Source: Chiloscyllium plagiosum (taxonomy: Eukaryota). From it: a stretch of DNA of 45,776 bases. This document shows positions 37,501 through 45,776 of this stretch, one piece after another. The position numbers and the translations under genes were made by a program. The DNA is taken from contig NC_057751.1 in assembly GCF_004010195.1 (NCBI RefSeq), forward strand, positions 16,394,466-16,440,241, written 5' to 3'. A model generated the notes under the pieces. That model made no database searches, had not been told where the DNA came from, and worked only from the letters and a program-made list of their open reading frames with translations. The stretch's first letter is position 1, and each line of letters begins with the position of its first letter.

Positions 37501-37555
37501 AAGCGCCTGGCCCTGATGGTCTCCCGGGTTTTATAAGGAGTTTATTGGGATTCTG
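34508..37555 (+). mobile_element. L1-clade LINE, 5' portion (5'UTR, frameshifted ORF1 ~34670-35502, T-rich spacer, ORF2 endonuclease to start of RT), 3'-truncated
   Basis: Starts at CAAGATGGCGG. ORF1 fragments are LENRGRR, IERAYRV..PRPVLV, FQDFS..RRRKSF and YPAVLRF. ORF2 fragments are DIALLLETHL, SRGVAVLI, GRFVI, NVYCP, GGDFN, LVDIWR, RIDLF, ISDH, WRLD and GKAPGPDG, spread over several frames. Confidence 0.92.
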
Positions 37556-37768
37556 TCAGGGATACAGTTTGAAAGACACAATGAGGGACCTGAGGAGAGG
37601 GGTTTATCTTTGACGCAGTGTGCGGATTAGAGCCCGGAACGCGCTGCCTCAGAATGTGGCAAAAACGGGAACGATCCCGACGTTTGCAAGAATGGCCTGT
37701 CGCTGCACCATAGCAGCTTCTACGGTCCCCGAACGCAGACTCTGACGACCTTTCTCGCTTCCTTCTAG

Positions 37769-37858
37769 ATGCGCAGTGCAGAACGAGAGTGCACACTGAG
37801 ACGTCTGCTCCCAGACATGGCGACACTGGCCCTGAAGTTGCCAGAGCTGTGCTCCAAG
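37769..37858 (+). CDS. PARG-like coding exon, phase 0-0
   Basis: tttctcgcttccttctAG acceptor and AAG|GTTAGT donor. MRSAERECTLRRLLPDMATLALKLPELCSK aligns with human PARG [31 protein letters not shown]. Confidence 0.88.
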
Positions 37859-38052
37859 GTTAGTAGAAGCCATCAGCAAGATTGGAAAGGAGGGGAACTC
37901 AACATTAACCCTCCCTTAAACCTTTCTCAGGCCACGCTCAGATACTGTGTGCATGTCCGGTTGGCGTAAGCCAAAAAGAATAGAGAGCCGCTGGAGGAGG
38001 GGGCGCAGAGATTTGGAAGGATAATATCAGAAATGTGTGCATACAGATATTT

Positions 38053-38273
38053 TTAGATTAGATTAGATTGCTTACAGTGTGGAAACAGGCCCTTCGGCCC
38101 AACAAGTCCACGCCGACCCTCCGAAGAGCAACCCACCCAGACCCATTCCCCTACATTTACCCCTTCACCTAACACTACGGGCAATTTAGCTCCACAAGCC
38201 TGAGGCGGGAATTGAACCCGGGGTCTCTGGCGCTGTGAGGCAGCAGTGCTAACCACTGAGCCACCGTGCCGCC
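38053..38273 (-). mobile_element. HE1-type SINE, internally deleted
   Basis: Tail and tRNA head are present; the central body is missing. Confidence 0.8.
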
Positions 38274-39097
38274 CACATATCAGGAAAGGATTGGGAGACT
38301 GGGACCCTTCGATCTTGAAAATAGAGGTGTTCAAAATCCTGACAGCTTTTCGATGGTGTGGCTACAGCGGGGACGTTTTCCCTCTTGTCGGGGAAGAGCA
38401 GAACCGGAGTCCCCTGAGAAATCCCACCGGGAATCGCAGAAGGAACGCCATTCCCCAGAGGGCAGGGGGCAGCATGTGCCGCGTTCCCGATGAAGAGCTT
38501 CTGCTCGGACCGTCGACTCTCCCGCTCCCTGCCCCCACAACGTTGGGATTCTGCCTCTTCGGCGGCTGCGGGCCTCGCTTTATCCCAGAATGCGGAAGGC
38601 GTTCCCACTCGGAGCGAATTGTATCCGCGGGGGTGGGGTGGGGGGTGGGGGGGGAGTCAGATCTGAGCTCTGCAGTCCTGCCAAATCCAGTCGTGATGGT
38701 GGATGAGTCAAGCTTAGAGGGGTGCTGGGAAAGTCCAGCAGGTCAGGCAGCATCCGAGGAGCAGGAAAATGCTGGTGGGTGCTGGACAATAAGTGCTGCC
38801 CTGGCCAGCGGCGCCCACATTCCCACAAATGAATAAAACAGTCGGTCATTCAGCCCATCCGTTCAATGAGATTGCTCCTAATAGGATAATCAATTCCACT
38901 TCCTTTCCCTTCCCCCATTAAGCCGTGAGTCCTGCCTTGCTCAAAAAATCTGTCCCCACCTTGAATGTTCTTAATGACCCAGCCTCGATAATTCCATGGT
39001 AAAAAAATTCCACAGATTCTCTAACCCTCTGAGGGAACACGTCCCTCCTCATCTCTGTCCTAAATTACCCCCCCCGAGATGATGCCCTCTGGTCCTT

Positions 39098-39840
39098 GAT
39101 TAGATTCCCTACAGTGTGGAAACAGGCCCTTCGGCCCAACAAATCCACACCGACCCTCCGAAGAGTAACCATTCCCTATATTTATCCCTAACTAATGCAC
39201 CTGACACTATAGGCAATTTCCCATGGCCAATCCACCCTAACCCGCGTATCCCTGAGCACTATGGGTAATGTAGCATGGCCAATCCACCCTAACCTGCACA
39301 TCCCTGAGCACTATGGGTAATTTAGCATGGCCACTCCACCCTAACCTGCACATCCCTGAACACTATGGGTAATTTAGTATGGCCAATTCACCCTAACCTG
39401 CACATCCCTGAACACTATGGGTAATTTAGNNNNNNNNNNNNNNNNNNNNNNNNNNNNNNNNNNNNNNNNNNNNNNNNNNNNNNNNNNNNNNNNNNNNNNN
39501 NNNNNNATGGGTAATTTAGAATGGCCATTCCACCCTAACCTGCACATCACTGAGCACTATGGGTAATTTAGCATGGCCAATCCACCCTAACCTGCACATC
39601 CCTGAGCACTATGGGTAATTTAGCATGGCCAATCCACCCTAACCTGTACATCCCTGAGCACTATGGGTAATTCAGCATGGCCAATCCACCCTAACCTGCA
39701 CATGTTTGGACTGTGGGAGAAAACCCATGCAGCCACGGGGAGAATATGCAAACCTCACACAGACAGTCGCCCGAGACAGGAATCGAAACTGGGTCCCCAG
39801 TGCTGTGAGGCAGCAGGGCTAACCACTGAGCCACCGTGCC
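39098..39840 (-). mobile_element. HE1-type SINE with ~9 internal 52-bp units (77-N gap in array)
   Basis: Head at 39775-39840; array at 39205-39702. Confidence 0.88.
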
Positions 39841-39974
39841 ATACAAGAGAAAACAGCATAGAATCCTGCCAATTATTCCTAGCGTTTAGCATCAGAGAAC
39901 ATGGAAGATAGGTGTTTTGACATGGAGGTGGGTAAGTGGGGATTGAGGGGATGGCATTGCCAAGAGTTGAGTGA

Positions 39975-40406
<432 letters not shown>

Positions 40407-40609
40407 TGAAGAACAATCGGTCAGACCTTGGAGTATGGGAGTCGGGACGTCATGTAAAAGACGTTAGTGAGGCCTCGCTCGCAATACTGGGTCCAGTTCT
40501 GGCCAACCCTGCTACAGCAACGATGTTATTGAACTGGAGAGGGTCCAGAAAGGTTATACAGGGATGTACAGGAACTAGAGGGTTTGAGTTAAAAAGAGAG
40601 GACATATAG

Positions 40610-41168
40610 ATTTAGATTAGATTCCCTACGGTGTGGAAACAGGCCCTTCGGCCCAGCGAGTCCACACCGACCCTCCGAAGAGTAACCCGCCCAGACCCAT
40701 TCCCCTCTGACTAATGCATCTACGGGCAATTTAGCATGGCCAATTCACCCTAACCTGCACATCCCTGAGCGCTATGGGTAATTTAGCATGGCCAATTCAC
40801 CCTAACTGCACATCCCTGAGCGCTATGGGTAATTTAGCATGGCCAATTCACCCTAACCTGCACATCCCTGAGCACTATGGGTAATTTAGCACGGCCAAAT
40901 CACCCTAACTTGCACATCCCTGAGCACTATGGGTAATTTAGCATGGCCAATCCACCCTAACCTGCACATCCCTGAGCACTATGGGTAATTTAGCATGGCC
41001 AATCCACCCTAACCTGCACATCTTGGACTGTGGGAGGAAACCGGAGCACCCGGAGGAAACCCACGCAGACACGGGGAGAATGTGCAAACTCCACACAGAC
41101 AGTCACCCGAGGCTGGAATCGAACCTGGGTCCCTGGTGCTGTGAGGCAGCAGTGCTAACCACAGAGCT
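40610..41168 (-). mobile_element. HE1-type SINE with ~6 internal 52-bp units
   Basis: Array at 40725-41022; head at 41110-41168. Confidence 0.88.
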
Positions 41169-41174
41169 ACCCAT

Positions 41175-41525
41175 AGGCTGGGATGTTTTTTCTTTCCCTG
41201 GAGTGTCGGAGTTCGAGAAGTGACTTTGCTGAGGTTTATAAAGTCCGAGGGGTGTGGATGAGGGGAATAACAAAGATCTGTTCTCCAAGGTGGGGGGAGT
41301 GCAACGCTCGAAGGCATTAAAGGGATGTGAGGGGTCACCTTTTCCACACAGAGGGCACATGGAACGAGCTGCCAGAGGAAGACGTTTGAACAGGGACGTG
41401 GATAGGAAACCTGCAGCGCGTTCTGAGCCAAACGCAGGCAAATCAAGACGAACGTTAGCTTGGAAACCCTGGTTGGCATGGACGAGTTGGCCCGGACAAG
41501 GGCCCGGTTCTGTGCTGGATGACTG
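41175..41525 (+). mobile_element. CR1/HER1 3' fragment; its upstream part is at ~40420-40600, split by a SINE
   Basis: The LINE sequence stops at gagggtttgagtt (40590) and resumes at aggctgggatgttttttctttccctggagtgtcggag after the SINE. Confidence 0.7.
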
Positions 41526-41828
41526 AGGGAACGCCACGCGGCCAGAGGGTACTGTCTTGCACGTTCTGCCTGGGGCAACCCGGCAGGATCCCACAGGTCG
41601 CAGTCCGGAGAGTTTTCCCCATTTGCCTTTGGTGCTCTCCGCCAGGGAACACTGGTGGTCTGTCTGAGCCAGCTGTGCAACAAATCGAACCTCTGCCTGC
41701 CCCCCCCCCCACCCCAGGATTACGACTCTTTCTGATATTTCTGGAAGCACGGGGGATGACTGTTCCCGAGTGGGGAATCGAGTAAATGTCTCTGCCTCTG
41801 ATTCGACGTTGTCCTTTCTGTTCCACAG

Positions 41829-41908
41829 GCTGTTTGGAAACTCATCACCGAGGTTGACTGAAAAGCTGAAGACTATTTTCTGCTACTTCAGCCAAGTGAC
41901 AGAAAACG
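41829..41908 (+). CDS. PARG-like coding exon, phase 2-1
   Basis: tcctttctgttccacAG acceptor and G|GTACGT donor. (R)LFGNSSPRLTEKLKTIFCYFSQVTEN matches human [26 protein letters not shown]. Confidence 0.93.
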
Positions 41909-42514
41909 GTACGTTATCTCTTTTCTTAGAGCCCGCTGGGGCGTCGGCTCCTTAAACCCTGTGTCGTCCCCGCCCCACGGAAGAAACGCTTAACTCCCTC
42001 TCAGGTGGAGTCGACTGGATTCCCGTTTCCAGGCCAGCAGGAGTGGAACACTGCCATCTAGTGTTCGTCAACTCCTTAAAGCGACTGAGTAAACGTAAAA
42101 GGGGCATCATGGGAAGTGGAACGAGCTGTGAGACTGAGAAGTCAATAAACTCCATCCGCACGGAAAAAGGTGCCCTTTTCTGTTCCAGTTCGGCAACAGA
42201 TGAAGGAGCGTGAGTGATGAAGGAGTTCTATTCTCCGAGGACAGCATTTAAGTGGGCGGGAGGACTTCAGGAGAGGTGGATTAAGTTAGACTCCAGTTCC
42301 GCGCTCTGTCTCTGCTGCTTCCCTTGCCCCCTTTATTTTGCCTGCTCTCCCACCTCAGGTATTTCCTGCCCTGTCCTGAATAAGACGTTTCTCCTCTCTG
42401 CCCTCTCCCAGCTCACCTTGTTCACCATCGATTCCCCTCCTCTGCTTCTCTCGACGCTGTAAGTCTGCAACTGCCCAACGTTCTGTCTTGTTCTCCCTGA
42501 GAAGTCGCTTTGTG

Positions 42515-42627
42515 GACGTGGCGTTGTAGACGTGGCGTTGTAGACGTGGCGTTGTAGAAGGGGCTTTGTAGGGGCATTGCAGATGCGACATTGGAGAAGG
42601 GGCATTGGAGAAGGGGCATTGGAGAAA
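42515..42627. repeat. Two adjacent 14-bp microarrays
   Basis: (gacgtggcgttgta)x3 followed by (ggggcattggagaa)x~3. Confidence 0.8.
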
Positions 42628-43719
42628 TTGCTCCCATTCCTTGGTGCTGTCTTTCAAAACAGCTCCCATCAGAATCGGAGTAGGCCATTAGGCCCCTCAC
42701 ACCAGCTCCGCCATTCACCAGGTACATGGCTGACCATCTCCCACAATTCCCTGTCTTCTCACATGATCCTTTGAAACCTCTCGATCTCTGTCCTTCATGT
42801 GACAAACGGGTCAAGCATCCGTTATTGTCTCCTCCGGTATCCTGGGGTGGCGGGGGGAGGGGGTGTAGGAGGGTTTTCAGGAGTGGGGGAGGGCTGGCTG
42901 TTGGAGGGGCCTATAGTTGCCCGTAATGAGATTGAGGTTTTGTTGTCACGTGTACTGAAGTACAGGGGTGCAGTGAAAAATGGACAATGTCGTCACGCAC
43001 GGCGCCATCTTAGGGACAAGGTACAAAATCTTAGATAAAAGGGAGGAAATAAGTGAAAAGTTCAGCTTCTTGGTAAAAAAACAGTCAATAAGGAATGGGT
43101 TTCAAGTTGCAGTTCACCTCTAGCCATGGCTTCATTGTTGGGCTTTCCCCACGACGGCTCAAGTCTCTCCCACGCGCTGGGCTCGATCCTCTTAACCTCC
43201 GGGCCGCCGTCTCGAGGCCCTCCGCCCTCCCGGCTCACCAACCGCCTCGTCACAGGCTGCCGGAGTCCCGCTCCAAGCTCCTGGCTGCTTTCCGCCATGC
43301 AGCTGGCCCTCAGAGCCCTTCCTGGGCACACCCAACCGCCTCCTGGGTCGACGTCACGCGGTACGGAAACGGCTCTCCTGCCCGATCCAAAGCCTGGGAG
43401 GGCACATCGGTGCCCTTTGGGGTCAGGGCGGAGGTCAGCAGTCAGCTAAGAGTGAGCCGGCTCCTCTCGGTCTTGAAATAAAGCAATTCGGCTGAAGGCC
43501 CGGGAGCTTAGGCGTGACGTGAGGCCTGTACCAAAAGGCCCCTGGCTTAATTTCCCTTCACTGTTATTTTATTCCTCTGGAAAACCTCTGTCACAAAGAG
43601 GAACTGGCGACACAGTTCTGAGCCCTGTTGTGCGAGGGCACGAAGCGTGCGTTATCGTTAACGCAGGAATGGAAATCTTTTCGGGTGGCGGTGTATAATC
43701 CAATCCTTTCTGTTGGCAG

Positions 43720-43780
43720 TTCCCTTTGGACTGGTGACATTCCAAAGATGTTGCATTCCAGGACCGATTCAATGGAAGAG
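43720..43780 (+). CDS. PARG-like coding exon, phase 1-2
   Basis: cctttctgttggcAG acceptor and AG|GTTAGT donor. (V)PFGLVTFQRCCIPGPIQWK matches human [20 protein letters not shown], and the phase fits the previous exon. Confidence 0.88.
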
Positions 43781-44014
43781 GTTAGTTCATTTTTTTTTGT
43801 GGGGTGGGGGGGTCACAATGTTCCTGCTTTGATGGTCTTTAACTCGGAGTCACACCCAATGTCAGTTTATAATCAGAGTATTACAGGACCCTTCTCTCTT
43901 CTTATGTCAATTCAATTCAATTCTCATTCGAGCACGCACCCAATTCCCTTTTGAAAGTCACCCTGAAGTCTCCCTTTAGGAGAAAAACCATCATTTTGAG
44001 CTGAAGGACAGGAT

Positions 44015-44310
44015 AGCTCAACGCAGTGGCTCACAGGGCTGCCTCCACAGCGCCAGAGACCCGGGTTCGATTCCACCCTGCTTCCCCCCCCCCCCCACAA
44101 TGTGGAGTTAGCACCTTTCTCCTCTGGCTTTCCCGCAGTCACAACGATGTGCGGGTTAGCTGGATTAGACACGCTAAGTTGCCTCAGAGATGCGCGGGTG
44201 AGGTAGGTTAGTTGTGGGGAAAAACGCAGGGTGACAGAAATGGGGTAGTGAGGTGTTTCTGGATGGGAGGATCGATGGGCCAAACGTCCTGTTTCCCCAC
44301 TGCCCGAATT
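44015..44310 (+). mobile_element. Diverged HE1-type SINE
   Basis: gctgcctccacagcgccagagacccgggttcgattcc head and a degenerate tail. Confidence 0.7.
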
Positions 44311-44479
44311 CTGTTTACCTTTCCTTTGGTTCTCTTGCCATTGGCATGGCGGCAAGTTGGATAACTAGGGTTAGAGAAAGAGCCTTAAACTCGATAGTGG
44401 AGGGATGGACTTTGATGGTAGGAATACAACAGGTTAAAAAAAAAAATTGTCTTGAATCAGAATGATGTAGAATGCGATT

Positions 44480-45255
44480 TTGGAGAGGATTTGTCACTCA
44501 GGGCTGGAAGTTTGCTGGCTGAGCTGGACGGCCTGTTCTCAGACGTTACGTCGCCGTGCTCGGTAACATCGTCAGTGAGCCTCGGGTGAAGCGCTGGTGT
44601 GGTTCGGTCTCACTTACCCGTCCTCGGCCTGTGGTGGTGGGTGGTATCGCGCTCGGTCCTGTTTCTGAGAGGTTGGTAAACGGGGTCCAGATCGATAGGG
44701 TTGTTGACAGAATTCCGGTTTGAATGCCTGGCCTCTGGGAATTCCCATCCGTGTCTCTGTTTAGCCTGACCCAGGATGGATGTGTTATTCCAGTCAAACT
44801 CTTAGTCTGTGTGATAGCTGGTCATGTCGTCTGGTGTTTAGTTGGCGCTTTGGTGGCTAGTTTACTGCCTGTCTGTCCGACGTAATGTTTGGTGCAGTCC
44901 TTATATTTTGTATATGATGGTCGTTCTAATGATCGTTGCTATGGGGTCCTTTAAATTCATCAGGAGCTGTTCCAGTGTGGTGGGAGGTCGACCATGAGGG
45001 GCCGGACAAGTCTGGGCATCATCTCTGAGATGTCTTTACTGTATGGCAGGGTGGCTAGAGTCTGTGGGTGTGTTTGCGTCTTCCTGTTTAGGTCTGTTGT
45101 GTAGACTGCACTTATTTCCCTCAGCTTCCCGTAGTTCCTGGGTGCTGCAGTGAGTTGTGGCTCATTTCATTAATGACCTGATGCAGCTCCCTTTTGTGGG
45201 CATCGGGATGGTTGAGTATCTGGGCAGTATGTGTGGGGCTTTCCTGTAGACCTGG
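44480..45255 (-). mobile_element. Penelope-like element fragment (GIY-YIG endonuclease region and terminal repeat)
   Basis: Minus-strand LATLPYSKDISE, DCTKHYVGQTGSKLAT and AWHSNRNSVNNPIDLDPVYQPL; hammerhead-like motif at 44540-44578. Confidence 0.78.
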
Positions 45256-45256
45256 T

Positions 45257-45776
45257 CCCCTCCAATCACAGCCCCCTCTACATTCCGAGCCCCTCCAATC
45301 ACAGCCCCCTCTACACCCCGAGCCCCTCCAATCACAGCCCCCTCTACACCCCGAGCCCCTCCAATCACAGCCCCCTCTACACCCCGAGCCCCTCCAATCA
45401 CAGCCCCCTCTACACCCCGAGCCCCTCCAATCACAGCCCCCTCTACACCCCGAGCCCCTCCAATCACAGCCCCCTCTACACCCCGAGCCCCTCCAATCAC
45501 AGCCCCCTCTACACCCCGAGCCCCTCCAATCACAGCCCCCTCTACACCCCGAGCCCCTCCAATCACAGCCCCCTCTACACCCCGAGCCCCTCCAATCACA
45601 GCCCCCTCTACACCCCGAGCCCCTCCAATCACAGCCCCCTCTACACCCCGAGCCCTTCCAATCACAGCCCCCTCTACCTCCCCGGCCCTTCCAATCACAG
45701 CCCCCTCTACCTCCCCGGCCCCTCCAATCACAGCCCCCTCTACCTCCCCGGCCCCTCCAATCACAGCCCCCTCTAC
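45257..45776. repeat. 33-bp minisatellite, ~16 near-identical units, continues past window end
   Basis: Unit gcccctccaatcacagccccctctacaccccga. Confidence 0.96.

Noticed and set aside
45162..45764. 200-aa ORF of GARGVEGAVIG repeats
   Set aside because: It is a by-product of a stop-free 33-bp tandem repeat, with no splice or homology support.

Overview
This is repeat-rich vertebrate genomic DNA, very probably from a shark or other elasmobranch (HE1-type tRNA-SINEs, HER1/CR1-type LINE fragments, Penelope relics), with five N-gaps. Two intron-split genes can be read on the + strand. (1) OGDH (2-oxoglutarate dehydrogenase E1): one constitutive exon (12571-12759) followed by a pair of duplicated, mutually exclusive exons (13399-13498 and 13679-13781). 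No later OGDH exon was found in the remaining 32 kb. (2) A divergent, apparently short-N-terminus PARG-like gene (poly(ADP-ribose) glycohydrolase) with seven recognisable exons between 26500 and 43780, running off the window. It has one apparent frame break and lacks one expected exon. As assembled, the PARG-like gene lies inside the OGDH transcription unit on the same strand, but an exact 500-N gap (23901-24400) separates them, so contig mis-ordering is a serious alternative. The rest comprises CR1/L2 fragments, a 5'-intact, 3'-truncated L1-clade element, SINEs with internally amplified 52-bp units, decayed hammerhead-ribozyme motifs and several minisatellites, one built from p53-type half-sites. 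Homology calls rest on recalled human protein sequences, not database searches, and repeat boundaries are approximate.
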